Of a DNA stretch of 64,000 nucleotides, positions 34,501-44,935 are shown one piece after another (position 1 is the stretch's first letter; each line of letters begins with the position of its first letter). The stretch is from Flectonema sp. DT1601. Lineage: Eukaryota. The stretch lies in the NCBI GenBank assembly GCA_964019425.1, contig OZ025805.1, forward strand, positions 868,001-932,000. Reading direction: 5' to 3'. The notes below the pieces were generated by a model that saw only the letters and a list, made by a program, of their open reading frames with translations, had not been told where the DNA came from and searched no databases. The translations under genes and the position numbers were made by a program.

Positions 34501-37500
34501 TAATTGCCCAGACCAGGATGATCGTCAATGCATCTGGATTAATAACGGATGTACTTGCAACAAGGATCCAAGAACCTGTTCCGACATCTCAACTCAAGCT
34601 GCTTGTCAAAGCTCTAATTGCCCAGACCAGGATGATCGTCAATGCATCTGGATTAATAACGGATGTACTTGCAACAAGGATCCAAGAACCTGTTCTGACA
34701 TCTCAACTCAAGCTGCTTGTCAAAGCTCTAATTGCCCAGACCAGGATGATCGTCAATGCATCTGGATTAATAACGGATGTACTTGCAACAAGGATCCAAG
34801 AACTTGTTCCGACATCTCAACTCAAGCTGTTTGTCAAAGCTCTAATTGCCCAGACCAGGATGATCGTCAATGCATCTGGATTAATAACGGATGTACTTGC
34901 AACAAGGATCCAAGAACTTGTTCCGACATCTCAACTCAAGCTGTTTGTCAAAGCTCTAATTGCCCAGACCAGGATGATCGTCAATGCATCTGGATTAATA
35001 ACGGATGTACTTGCAACAAGGATCCAAGAACCTGTTCTGACATCTCAACTCAAGCTGCTTGTCAAAGCTCTAATTGCCCAGACCAGGATGATCGTCAATG
35101 CATCTGGATTAATAACGGATGTACTTGCAACAAGGATCCAAGAACTTGTTCCGACATCTCAACTCAAGCTGTTTGTCAAAGCTCTAATTGCCCAGACCAG
35201 GATGATCGTCAATGTATCTGGATTAATAACGGATGTACTTGCAACAAGGATCCAAGAACTTGTTCCGACATCTCAACTCAAGCTGTTTGTCAAAGCTCTA
35301 ATTGCCCAGACCAGGATGATCGTCAATGTATCTGGATTAATAACGGATGTACTTGCAACAAGGATCCAAGAACTTGTTCCGACATCTCAACTCAAGCTGT
35401 TTGTCAAAGCTCTAATTGCCCAGACCAGGATGATCGTCAATGCATCTGGATTAATAACGGATGTACTTGCAACAAGGATCCAAGAACCTGTTCTGACATC
35501 TCAACTCAAGCTGCTTGTCAAAGCTCTAATTGCCCAGACCAGGATGATCGTCAATGCATCTGGATTAATAACGGATGTACTTGCAACAAGGATCCAAGAA
35601 CTTGTTCCGACATCTCAACTCAAGCTGTTTGTCAAAGCTCTAATTGCCCAGACCAGGATGATCGTCAATGCATCTGGATTAATAACGGATGTACTTGCAA
35701 CAAGGATCCAAGAACCTGTTCTGACATCTCAACTCAAGCTGCTTGTCAAAGCTCTAATTGCCCAGACCAGGATGATCGTCAATGCATCTGGATTAATAAC
35801 GGATGTACTTGCAACGAGGATCCAAGAACCTGTTCTGACATCTCAACTCAAGCTGCTTGTCAAAGCTCTAATTGCCCAGACCAGGATGATCGTCAATGCA
35901 TCTGGATTAATAACGGATGTACTTGCAACAAGGATCCAAGAACCTGTTCCGACATCTCAACTCAAGCTGCTTGTCAAAGCTCTAATTGCCCAGACCAGGA
36001 TGATCGTCAATGCATCTGGATTAATAACGGATGTACTTGCAACAAGGATCCAAGAACCTGTTCTGACATCTCAACTCAAGCTGTTTGTCAAAGCTCTAAT
36101 TGCCCAGACCAGGATGATCGTCAATGTATCTGGATTAATAACGGATGTACTTGCAACAAGGATCCAAGAACCTGTTCCGACATCTCAACTCAAGCTGCTT
36201 GTCAAAGCTCTAATTGCCCAGACCAGGATGATCGTCAATGCATCTGGATTAATAACGGATGTACTTGCAACAAGGATCCAAGAACCTGTTCTGACATCTC
36301 AACTCAAGCTGTTTGTCAAAGCTCTAATTGCCCAGACCAGGATGATCGTCAATGCATCTGGATTAATAACGGATGTACTTGCAACAAGGATCCAAGAACC
36401 TGTTCTGACATCTCAACTCAAGCTGCTTGTCAAAGCTCTAATTGCCCAGACCAGGATGATCGTCAATGCATCTGGATTAATAACGGATGTACTTGCAACA
36501 AGGATCCAAGAACCTGTTCTGACATCTCAACTCAAGCTGCTTGTCAAAGCTCTAATTGCCCAGACCAGGATGATCGTCAATGCATCTGGATTAATAACGG
36601 ATGTACTTGCAACAAGGATCCAAGAACCTGTTCTGACATCTCAACTCAAGCTGTTTGTCAAAGCTCTAATTGCCCAGACCAGGATGATCGTCAATGCATC
36701 TGGATTAACAACGGATGTACTTGCAACAAGGATCCAAGAACTTGTTCCGACATCTCAACTCAAGCTGTTTGTCAAAGCTCTAATTGCCCAGACCAGGATG
36801 ATCGTCAATGCATCTGGATTAATAACGGATGTACTTGCAACAAGGATCCAAGAACCTGTTCTGACATCTCAACTCAAGCTGTTTGTCAAAGCTCTAATTG
36901 CCCAGACCAGGATGATCGTCAATGCATCTGGATTAATAACGGATGTACTTGCAACAAGGATCCAAGAACTTGTTCTGACATCTCAACTCAAGCTGTTTGT
37001 CAAAGCTCTAATTGCCCAGACCAGGATGATCGTCAATGCATCTGGATTAATAACGGATGTACTTGCAACAAGGATCCAAGAACTTGTTCTGACATCTCAA
37101 CTCAAGCTGTTTGTCAAAGCTCTAATTGCCCAGACCAGGATGATCGTCAATGCATCTGGATTAATAACGGATGTACTTGCAACAAGGATCCAAGAACCTG
37201 TTCTGACATCTCAACTCAAGCTGTTTGTCAAAGCTCTAATTGCCCAGACCAGGATGATCGTCAATGCATCTGGATTAATAACGGATGTACTTGCAACAAG
37301 GATCCAAGAACCTGTTCTGACATCTCAACTCAAGCTGCTTGTCAAAGCTCTAATTGCCCAGACCAGGATGATCGTCAATGCATCTGGATTAATAACGGAT
37401 GTACTTGCAACAAGGATCCAAGAACCTGTTCTGACATCTCAACTCAAGCTGTTTGTCAAAGCTCTAATTGCCCAGACCAGGATGATCGTCAATGCATCTG

Positions 37501-37876
37501 GATTAATAACGGATGTACTTGCAACAAGGATCCAAGAACTTGTTCTGACATCTCAACTCAAGCTGTTTGTCAAAGCTCTAATTGCCCAGACCAGGATGAT
37601 CGTCAATGCATCTGGATTAATAACGGATGTACTTGCAACAAGGATCCAAGAACTTGTTCTGACATCTCAACTCAAGCTGTTTGTCAAAGCTCTAATTGCC
37701 CAGACCAGGATGATCGTCAATGCATCTGGATTAATAACGGATGTACTTGCAACAAGGATCCAAGAACCTGTTCTGACATCTCAACTCAAGCTGTTTGTCA
37801 AAGCTCTAATTGCCCAGACCAGGATGATCGTCGGTGTGTCTGGAGTGAAGTTGGGTGTACTTGCCGATTGATTTAG
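31562..37876 (+). CDS. Family B copy 7 (2104 aa, 55 modules; His-variant subtype)
   Basis: Same leader and terminal modules; open frame; RASCQTSH variant modules. Confidence 0.88.
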   Translation: MIYSIAVILTLALSQRPCDSYGNLRSCRRAVCRDLSTQQCTWIRTTRECKCVKPSCDDFSTPTTCHTSNCPDQDDRQCIWINNGCTCNTDPRTCSEISTRASCQTSHCPDQDDRQCIWINNGCTCNTDPRTCSEISTQAFCQSSNCPDQDDRQCIWINNGCTCNTDPRTCSEISTRASCQTSHCPDQDDRQCIWINNGCTCNKDPRTCSDISTQAVCQSSNCPDQDDRQCIWINNGCTCNKDPRTCSDISTQAVCQSSNCPDQDDRQCIWINNGCTCNKDPRTCSDISTQTVCQSSNCPDQDDRQCIWINNGCTCNKDPRTCSDISTQAVCQSSNCPDQDDRQCIWINNGCTCNKDPRTCSDISTQAVCQSSNCPDQDDRQCIWINNGCTCNKDPRTCSDISTQAVCQSSNCPDQDDRQCIWINNGCTCNTDPRTCSEISTQAFCQSSNCPDQDDRQCIWINNGCTCNTDPRTCSEISTRASCQTSHCPDQDDRQCIWINNGCTCNKDPRTCSDISTQAVCQSSNCPDQDDRQCIWINNGCTCNKDPRTCSDISTQAVCQSSNCPDQDDRQCIWINNGCTCNKDPRTCSDISTQAVCQSSNCPDQDDRQCIWINNGCTCNKDPRTCSDISTQAVCQSSNCPDQDDRQCIWINNGCTCNKDPRTCSDISTQAVCQSSNCPDQDDRQCIWINNGCTCNKDPRTCSDISTQAVCQSSNCPDQDDRQCIWINNGCTCNKDPRTCSDISTQAVCQSSNCPDQDDRQCIWINNGCTCNKDPRTCSDISTQAACQSSNCPDQDDRQCIWINNGCTCNKDPRTCSDISTQAVCQSSNCPDQDDRQCIWINNGCTCNKDPRTCSDISTQAACQSSNCPDQDDRQCIWINNGCTCNKDPRTCSDISTQAVCQSSNCPDQDDRQCIWINNGCTCNKDPRTCSDISTQAACQSSNCPDQDDRQCIWINNGCTCNEDPRTCSDISTQAACQSSNCPDQDDRQCIWINNGCTCNKDPRTCSDISTQAACQSSNCPDQDDRQCIWINNGCTCNKDPRTCSDISTQAACQSSNCPDQDDRQCIWINNGCTCNKDPRTCSDISTQAVCQSSNCPDQDDRQCIWINNGCTCNKDPRTCSDISTQAVCQSSNCPDQDDRQCIWINNGCTCNKDPRTCSDISTQAACQSSNCPDQDDRQCIWINNGCTCNKDPRTCSDISTQAVCQSSNCPDQDDRQCIWINNGCTCNKDPRTCSDISTQAVCQSSNCPDQDDRQCIWINNGCTCNKDPRTCSDISTQAVCQSSNCPDQDDRQCIWINNGCTCNKDPRTCSDISTQAACQSSNCPDQDDRQCIWINNGCTCNKDPRTCSDISTQAVCQSSNCPDQDDRQCIWINNGCTCNKDPRTCSDISTQAACQSSNCPDQDDRQCIWINNGCTCNEDPRTCSDISTQAACQSSNCPDQDDRQCIWINNGCTCNKDPRTCSDISTQAACQSSNCPDQDDRQCIWINNGCTCNKDPRTCSDISTQAVCQSSNCPDQDDRQCIWINNGCTCNKDPRTCSDISTQAACQSSNCPDQDDRQCIWINNGCTCNKDPRTCSDISTQAVCQSSNCPDQDDRQCIWINNGCTCNKDPRTCSDISTQAACQSSNCPDQDDRQCIWINNGCTCNKDPRTCSDISTQAACQSSNCPDQDDRQCIWINNGCTCNKDPRTCSDISTQAVCQSSNCPDQDDRQCIWINNGCTCNKDPRTCSDISTQAVCQSSNCPDQDDRQCIWINNGCTCNKDPRTCSDISTQAVCQSSNCPDQDDRQCIWINNGCTCNKDPRTCSDISTQAVCQSSNCPDQDDRQCIWINNGCTCNKDPRTCSDISTQAVCQSSNCPDQDDRQCIWINNGCTCNKDPRTCSDISTQAVCQSSNCPDQDDRQCIWINNGCTCNKDPRTCSDISTQAACQSSNCPDQDDRQCIWINNGCTCNKDPRTCSDISTQAVCQSSNCPDQDDRQCIWINNGCTCNKDPRTCSDISTQAVCQSSNCPDQDDRQCIWINNGCTCNKDPRTCSDISTQAVCQSSNCPDQDDRQCIWINNGCTCNKDPRTCSDISTQAVCQSSNCPDQDDRRCVWSEVGCTCRLI

Positions 37877-38761
37877 TCAGCGGTATATTCTTCGTCGTTT
37901 TAACAAATTATGATTTAAAAAGAATACTCTTGAAGATTGTAAAGTAGATGAAGATGTTTCTCTTTGTATACTTCAATGAGTGTTTCAGGTAGTTATGCGA
38001 AGCTGTTCATGCTATATTTCTGTTGTCTTTATTTTCAAGATATTTTTATTCGCTCAAATGATTTAAGTAGTGATGAATGCACTCTGTAAGGCTTGTGTTC
38101 ATGGCTCTTCATTTTACTCTCTCACAGCGGTGTCTTATTGTATTACAGTTAGACTCATGTTTTTACTTACAATTTAGGAATAGTACCTTTTTCCTTCCCT
38201 CTCTGATTTTTTTTGTCGGTAGCTAACAATAGCTTTTTTTAGGGGAGTGAAATACTGCAGTGAGCATTGTAATTGTTTGAGTATCGGTAGCAATGGAGTG
38301 AAGTTAATTCATCCGAAGCTACTGAGTTACCTGCTTATACTTCTCATGTTATACTGCAATGTTGGATACATTCTGACGCATTTTTTCCTCGAGATTGTCG
38401 TTGAACGCTGCTGTCTTTTTTCTCTTTTCGTCTCTCTGTTTAGACTGTTATATGTCTATGAAAGAATTGTTTTAGGTGGAGGAAATTTTGTCGCTGTGTC
38501 TCTCTTGTAGCCAAGCTTGCTACGTTGATTTTGTTAATTTTGAAACTAAGATTAACGAAATCTCGATTCCAATATGAGCAGTGAAAGGTTTAGTTATTTA
38601 ATCATTGTAATTCATTATAACTTAAGTATCATACAAAATATGTTCCGTGGTTTCTGTCCAAATCAACGATCAAATTAGAGGGTGTCGTTGAACACTGATA
38701 TTTCTTACTTCGTGATTCTCGCTACTTAATATTACTCTTAATAGTTTATCTAACATCAAAT

Positions 38762-41700
38762 ATGATATATTCAATCGCTGTTATCCTCACATTGGCTCTT
38801 TCTCAAAGGCCGTGTGATTCGTACGGGAATCTGAGAAGCTGCAGAAGAGCAGTGTGTCCTGATCTTTCTACTCAACAATGTACTTGGATTAGAACTACGA
38901 GGGAGTGTAAATGTGTGAAACCTTCTTGTGATGACTTCTCGACTCCAACTACTTGTCACACATCTAATTGCCCAGACCAGGATGATCGTCAATGCATCTG
39001 GATTAATAACGGATGTACTTGCAACACTGATCCAAGAACCTGTTCGGAAATTTCAACTCGTGCATCTTGTCAGACATCTCATTGCCCAGACCAGGATGAT
39101 CGTCAATGCATCTGGATTAATAACGGATGTACTTGCAACACTGATCCAAGAACCTGTTCGGAAATTTCAACTCGTGCATCTTGTCAGACATCTCATTGCC
39201 CAGACCAGGATGATCGTCAATGCATCTGGATTAATAACGGATGTACTTGCAACACTGATCCGAGAACCTGTTCAGAAATTTCAACTCAAGCTTTTTGTCA
39301 AAGCTCTAATTGCCCAGACCAAGATGATCGTCAATGCATCTGGATTAATAACGGATGTACTTGCAACACTGATCCAAGAACCTGTTCGGAAATTTCAACT
39401 CGTGCATCTTGTCAGACATCTCATTGCCCAGACCAGGATGATCGTCAATGCATCTGGATTAATAACGGATGTACTTGCAACACTGATCCAAGAACCTGTT
39501 CGGAAATTTCAACTCGTGCATCTTGTCAGACATCACATTGCCCAGACCAGGATGATCGTCAATGCATCTGGATTAATAACGGATGTACTTGCAACACTGA
39601 TCCGAGAACCTGTTCAGAAATTTCAACTCAAGCTTTTTGTCAAAGCTCTAATTGCCCAGACCAAGATGATCGTCAATGCATCTGGATTAATAACGGATGT
39701 ACTTGCAACACTGATCCAAGAACCTGTTCGGAAATTTCAACTCGTGCATCTTGTCAGACATCTCATTGCCCAGACCAGGATGATCGTCAATGTATCTGGA
39801 TTAATAACGGATGTACTTGCAACAAGGATCCAAGAACCTGTTCCGACATCTCAACTCAAGCTGTTTGTCAAAGCTCTAATTGCCCAGACCAGGATGATCG
39901 TCAATGCATCTGGATTAATAACGGATGTACTTGCAACAAGGATCCAAGAACTTGTTCCGACATCTCAACTCAAGCTGTTTGTCAAAGCTCTAATTGCCCA
40001 GACCAGGATGATCGTCAATGCATCTGGATTAACAACGGATGTACTTGCAACAAGGATCCAAGAACCTGTTCTGACATCTCAACTCAAGCTGTTTGTCAAA
40101 GCTCTAATTGCCCAGACCAGGATGATCGTCAATGTATCTGGATTAATAACGGATGTACTTGCAACAAGGATCCAAGAACCTGTTCTGACATCTCAACTCA
40201 AGCTGTTTGTCAAAGCTCTAATTGCCCAGACCAGGATGATCGTCAATGTATCTGGATTAACAACGGATGTACTTGCAACAAGGATCCAAGAACCTGTTCT
40301 GACATCTCAACTCAAGCTGTTTGTCAAAGCTCTAATTGCCCAGACCAGGATGATCGTCAATGCATCTGGATTAACAACGGATGTACTTGCAACAAGGATC
40401 CAAGAACCTGTTCTGACATCTCAACTCAAGCTGTTTGTCAAAGCTCTAATTGCCCAGACCAGGATGATCGTCAATGTATCTGGATTAACAACGGATGTAC
40501 TTGCAACAAGGATCCAAGAACCTGTTCTGACATCTCAACTCAAGCTGTTTGTCAAAGCTCTAATTGCCCAGACCAGGATGATCGTCAATGCATCTGGATT
40601 AATAACGGATGTACTTGCAACAAGGATCCAAGAACCTGTTCTGACATCTCAACTCAAGCTGTTTGTCAAAGCTCTAATTGCCCAGACCAGGATGATCGTC
40701 AATGCATCTGGATTAACAACGGATGTACTTGCAACAAGGATCCAAGAACCTGTTCTGACATCTCAACTCAAGCTGCTTGTCAAAGCTCTAATTGCCCAGA
40801 CCAGGATGATCGTCAATGCATCTGGATTAATAACGGATGTACTTGCAACAAGGATCCAAGAACCTGTTCTGACATCTCAACTCAAGCTGTTTGTCAAAGC
40901 TCTAATTGCCCAGACCAGGATGATCGTCAATGCATCTGGATTAATAACGGATGTACTTGCAACAAGGATCCAAGAACCTGTTCTGACATCTCAACTCAAG
41001 CTGTTTGTCAAAGCTCTAATTGCCCAGACCAGGATGATCGTCAATGCATCTGGATTAACAACGGATGTACTTGCAACAAGGATCCAAGAACCTGTTCTGA
41101 CATCTCAACTCAAGCTGCTTGTCAAAGCTCTAATTGCCCAGACCAGGATGATCGTCAATGTATCTGGATTAATAACGGATGTACTTGCAACAAGGATCCA
41201 AGAACCTGTTCCGACATCTCAACTCAAGCTGTTTGTCAAAGCTCTAATTGCCCAGACCAGGATGATCGTCAATGCATCTGGATTAATAACGGATGTACTT
41301 GCAACAAGGATCCAAGAACCTGTTCTGACATCTCAACTCAAGCTGTTTGTCAAAGCTCTAATTGCCCAGACCAGGATGATCGTCAATGCATCTGGATTAA
41401 TAACGGATGTACTTGCAACAAGGATCCAAGAACCTGTTCTGACATCTCAACTCAAGCTGCTTGTCAAAGCTCTAATTGCCCAGACCAGGATGATCGTCAA
41501 TGCATCTGGATTAATAACGGATGTACTTGCAACAAGGATCCAAGAACCTGTTCTGACATCTCAACTCAAGCTGCTTGTCAAAGCTCTAATTGCCCAGACC
41601 AGGATGATCGTCAATGCATCTGGATTAACAACGGATGTACTTGCAACAAGGATCCAAGAACCTGTTCCGACATCTCAACTCAAGCTGTTTGTCAAAGCTC

Positions 41701-44050
41701 TAATTGCCCAGACCAGGATGATCGTCAATGCATCTGGATTAATAACGGATGTACTTGCAACAAGGATCCAAGAACCTGTTCCGACATCTCAACTCAAGCT
41801 GTTTGTCAAAGCTCTAATTGCCCAGACCAGGATGATCGTCAATGCATCTGGATTAATAACGGATGTACTTGCAACAAGGATCCAAGAAACTGTTCTGACA
41901 TCTCAACTCAAGCTGTTTGTCAAAGCTCTAATTGCCCAGACCAGGATGATCGTCAATGCATCTGGATTAACAACGGATGTACTTGCAACAAGGATCCAAG
42001 AACCTGTTCTGACATCTCAACTCAAGCTGCTTGTCAAAGCTCTAATTGCCCAGACCAGGATGATCGTCAATGCATCTGGATTAATAACGGATGTACTTGC
42101 AACAAGGATCCAAGAACTTGTTCCGACATCTCAACTCAAGCTGTTTGTCAAAGCTCTAATTGCCCAGACCAGGATGATCGTCAATGCATCTGGATTAACA
42201 ACGGATGTACTTGCAACAAGGATCCAAGAACCTGTTCTGACATCTCAACTCAAGCTGTTTGTCAAAGCTCTAATTGCCCAGACCAGGATGATCGTCAATG
42301 CATCTGGATTAATAACGGATGTACTTGCAACAAGGATCCAAGAACTTGTTCTGACATCTCAACTCAAGCTGTTTGTCAAAGCTCTAATTGCCCAGACCAG
42401 GATGATCGTCAATGCATCTGGATTAATAACGGATGTACTTGCAACAAGGATCCAAGAACCTGTTCTGACATCTCAACTCAAGCTGTTTGTCAAAGCTCTA
42501 ATTGCCCAGACCAGGATGATCGTCAATGCATCTGGATTAACAACGGATGTACTTGCAACAAAGATCCAAGAACCTGTTCTGACATCTCAACTCAAGCTGT
42601 TTGTCAAAGCTCTAATTGCCCAGACCAGGATGATCGTCAATGCATCTGGATTAATAACGGATGTACTTGCAACAAGGATCCAAGAACTTGTTCTGACATC
42701 TCAACTCAAGCTGTTTGTCAAAGCTCTAATTGCCCAGACCAGGATGATCGTCAATGCATCTGGATTAATAACGGATGTACTTGCAACAAGGATCCAAGAA
42801 CTTGTTCCGACATCTCAACTCAAGCTGTTTGTCAAAGCTCTAATTGCCCGGACCAGGATGATCGTCAATGCATCTGGATTAATAACGGATGTACTTGCAA
42901 CAAGGATCCAAGAACTTGTTCCGACATCTCAACTCAAGCTGTTTGTCAAAGCTCTAATTGCCCAGACCAGGATGATCGTCAATGCATCTGGATTAACAAC
43001 GGATGTACTTGCAACAAGGATCCAAGAACCTGTTCTGACATCTCAACTCAAGCTGCTTGTCAAAGCTCTAATTGCCCAGACCAGGATGATCGTCAATGCA
43101 TCTGGATTAATAACGGATGTACTTGCAACAAGGATCCAAGAACTTGTTCCGACATCTCAACTCAAGCTGTTTGTCAAAGCTCTAATTGCCCAGACCAGGA
43201 TGATCGTCAATGCATCTGGATTAATAACGGATGTACTTGCAACAAGGATCCAAGAACCTGTTCTGACATCTCAACTCAAGCTGTTTGTCAAAGCTCTAAT
43301 TGCCCAGACCAGGATGATCGTCAATGCATCTGGATTAATAACGGATGTACTTGCAACAAGGATCCAAGAACTTGTTCCGACATCTCAACTCAAGCTGTTT
43401 GTCAAAGCTCTAATTGCCCAGACCAGGATGATCGTCAATGCATCTGGATTAATAACGGATGTACTTGCAACAAGGATCCAAGAACCTGTTCTGACATCTC
43501 AACTCAAGCTGTTTGTCAAAGCTCTAATTGCCCAGACCAGGATGATCGTCAATGCATCTGGATTAATAACGGATGTACTTGCAACAAGGATCCAAGAACT
43601 TGTTCTGACATCTCAACTCAAGCTGTTTGTCAAAGCTCTAATTGCCCAGACCAGGATGATCGTCAATGCATCTGGATTAATAACGGATGTACTTGCAACA
43701 AGGATCCAAGAACCTGTTCTGACATCTCAACTCAAACTGTTTGTCAAAGCTCTAATTGCCCAGACCAGGATGATCGTCAATGCATCTGGATTAATAACGG
43801 ATGTACTTGCAACAAGGATCCAAGAACCTGTTCTGACATCTCAACTCAAGCTGTTTGTCAAAGCTCTAATTGCCCAGACCAGGATGATCGTCAATGCATC
43901 TGGATTAATAACGGATGTACTTGCAACAAGGATCCAAGAACCTGTTCTGACATCTCAACTCAAGCTGTTTGTCAAAGCTCTAATTGCCCAGACCAGGATG
44001 ATCGTCGGTGTGTCTGGAGTGAAGTTGGGTGTACTTGCCGATTGATTTAG
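38762..44050 (+). CDS. Family B copy 8 (1762 aa, 46 modules; His-variant subtype)
   Basis: Same leader and terminal modules; open frame. Confidence 0.88.
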   Translation: MIYSIAVILTLALSQRPCDSYGNLRSCRRAVCPDLSTQQCTWIRTTRECKCVKPSCDDFSTPTTCHTSNCPDQDDRQCIWINNGCTCNTDPRTCSEISTRASCQTSHCPDQDDRQCIWINNGCTCNTDPRTCSEISTRASCQTSHCPDQDDRQCIWINNGCTCNTDPRTCSEISTQAFCQSSNCPDQDDRQCIWINNGCTCNTDPRTCSEISTRASCQTSHCPDQDDRQCIWINNGCTCNTDPRTCSEISTRASCQTSHCPDQDDRQCIWINNGCTCNTDPRTCSEISTQAFCQSSNCPDQDDRQCIWINNGCTCNTDPRTCSEISTRASCQTSHCPDQDDRQCIWINNGCTCNKDPRTCSDISTQAVCQSSNCPDQDDRQCIWINNGCTCNKDPRTCSDISTQAVCQSSNCPDQDDRQCIWINNGCTCNKDPRTCSDISTQAVCQSSNCPDQDDRQCIWINNGCTCNKDPRTCSDISTQAVCQSSNCPDQDDRQCIWINNGCTCNKDPRTCSDISTQAVCQSSNCPDQDDRQCIWINNGCTCNKDPRTCSDISTQAVCQSSNCPDQDDRQCIWINNGCTCNKDPRTCSDISTQAVCQSSNCPDQDDRQCIWINNGCTCNKDPRTCSDISTQAVCQSSNCPDQDDRQCIWINNGCTCNKDPRTCSDISTQAACQSSNCPDQDDRQCIWINNGCTCNKDPRTCSDISTQAVCQSSNCPDQDDRQCIWINNGCTCNKDPRTCSDISTQAVCQSSNCPDQDDRQCIWINNGCTCNKDPRTCSDISTQAACQSSNCPDQDDRQCIWINNGCTCNKDPRTCSDISTQAVCQSSNCPDQDDRQCIWINNGCTCNKDPRTCSDISTQAVCQSSNCPDQDDRQCIWINNGCTCNKDPRTCSDISTQAACQSSNCPDQDDRQCIWINNGCTCNKDPRTCSDISTQAACQSSNCPDQDDRQCIWINNGCTCNKDPRTCSDISTQAVCQSSNCPDQDDRQCIWINNGCTCNKDPRTCSDISTQAVCQSSNCPDQDDRQCIWINNGCTCNKDPRNCSDISTQAVCQSSNCPDQDDRQCIWINNGCTCNKDPRTCSDISTQAACQSSNCPDQDDRQCIWINNGCTCNKDPRTCSDISTQAVCQSSNCPDQDDRQCIWINNGCTCNKDPRTCSDISTQAVCQSSNCPDQDDRQCIWINNGCTCNKDPRTCSDISTQAVCQSSNCPDQDDRQCIWINNGCTCNKDPRTCSDISTQAVCQSSNCPDQDDRQCIWINNGCTCNKDPRTCSDISTQAVCQSSNCPDQDDRQCIWINNGCTCNKDPRTCSDISTQAVCQSSNCPDQDDRQCIWINNGCTCNKDPRTCSDISTQAVCQSSNCPDQDDRQCIWINNGCTCNKDPRTCSDISTQAVCQSSNCPDQDDRQCIWINNGCTCNKDPRTCSDISTQAACQSSNCPDQDDRQCIWINNGCTCNKDPRTCSDISTQAVCQSSNCPDQDDRQCIWINNGCTCNKDPRTCSDISTQAVCQSSNCPDQDDRQCIWINNGCTCNKDPRTCSDISTQAVCQSSNCPDQDDRQCIWINNGCTCNKDPRTCSDISTQAVCQSSNCPDQDDRQCIWINNGCTCNKDPRTCSDISTQAVCQSSNCPDQDDRQCIWINNGCTCNKDPRTCSDISTQTVCQSSNCPDQDDRQCIWINNGCTCNKDPRTCSDISTQAVCQSSNCPDQDDRQCIWINNGCTCNKDPRTCSDISTQAVCQSSNCPDQDDRRCVWSEVGCTCRLI

Positions 44051-44935
44051 TCAGCGGTATATTCTTCGTCGTTTTAACAAATTATGATTTAAAAAGAATA
44101 CTCTTGAAGATTGTAAAGTAGATGAAGATGTTTCTCTTTGTATACTTCAATGAGTGTTTCAGATAGTTATGCGAAGCTGTTCATGCTATATTTCTGTTGT
44201 CTTTATTTTCAAGATATTTTTATTCGCTCAAATGATTTAAGTAGTGATGAATGCACTCTGTAAGGCTTGTGTTCATGGCTCTTCATTTTACTCTCTCACA
44301 GCGGTGTCTTATTGTATTACATTTAGACTCATGTTTTTACTTACAATTTAGGAATAGTACCTTTTTCCTTCCCTCTCTGATTTTTTTTGTCGGTAGCTAA
44401 CAATAGCTTTTTTTAGGGGAGTGAAATACTGCAGTGAGCATTGTAATTGTTTGAGTATCGGTAGCAATGGAGTGAAGTTAATTCATCCGAAGCTACTGAG
44501 TTACCTGCTTATACTTCTCATGTTATACTGCAATGTTGGATACATTCTGACGCATTTTTTCCTCGAGATTGTCGTTGAACGCTGCTGTCTTTTTTCTCTT
44601 TTCCTCTCTCTGTTTAGACTGTTATATGTCTATGAAAGAATTGTTTTATGTGGAGGAAATTTTGTCGCTGTGTCTCTCTTGTAGCCAAGCTTGCTACGTT
44701 GATTTTGTTAATTTTGAAACTAAGATTAACGAAATCTCTATTCCAATATGAGCAGTGAAAGGTTTAGTTATTTAATCATTGTAATTCATTATAACTTAAG
44801 TATCATACAAAATATGTTCCGTGGTTTCTGTCCAAATCAACGATCAAATTAGAGGGTGTCGTTGAACACTGATATTTCTTACTTCGTGATTCTCGCTACT
44901 TAATATTACGCTTAATAGTTTATCTAACATCAAAT

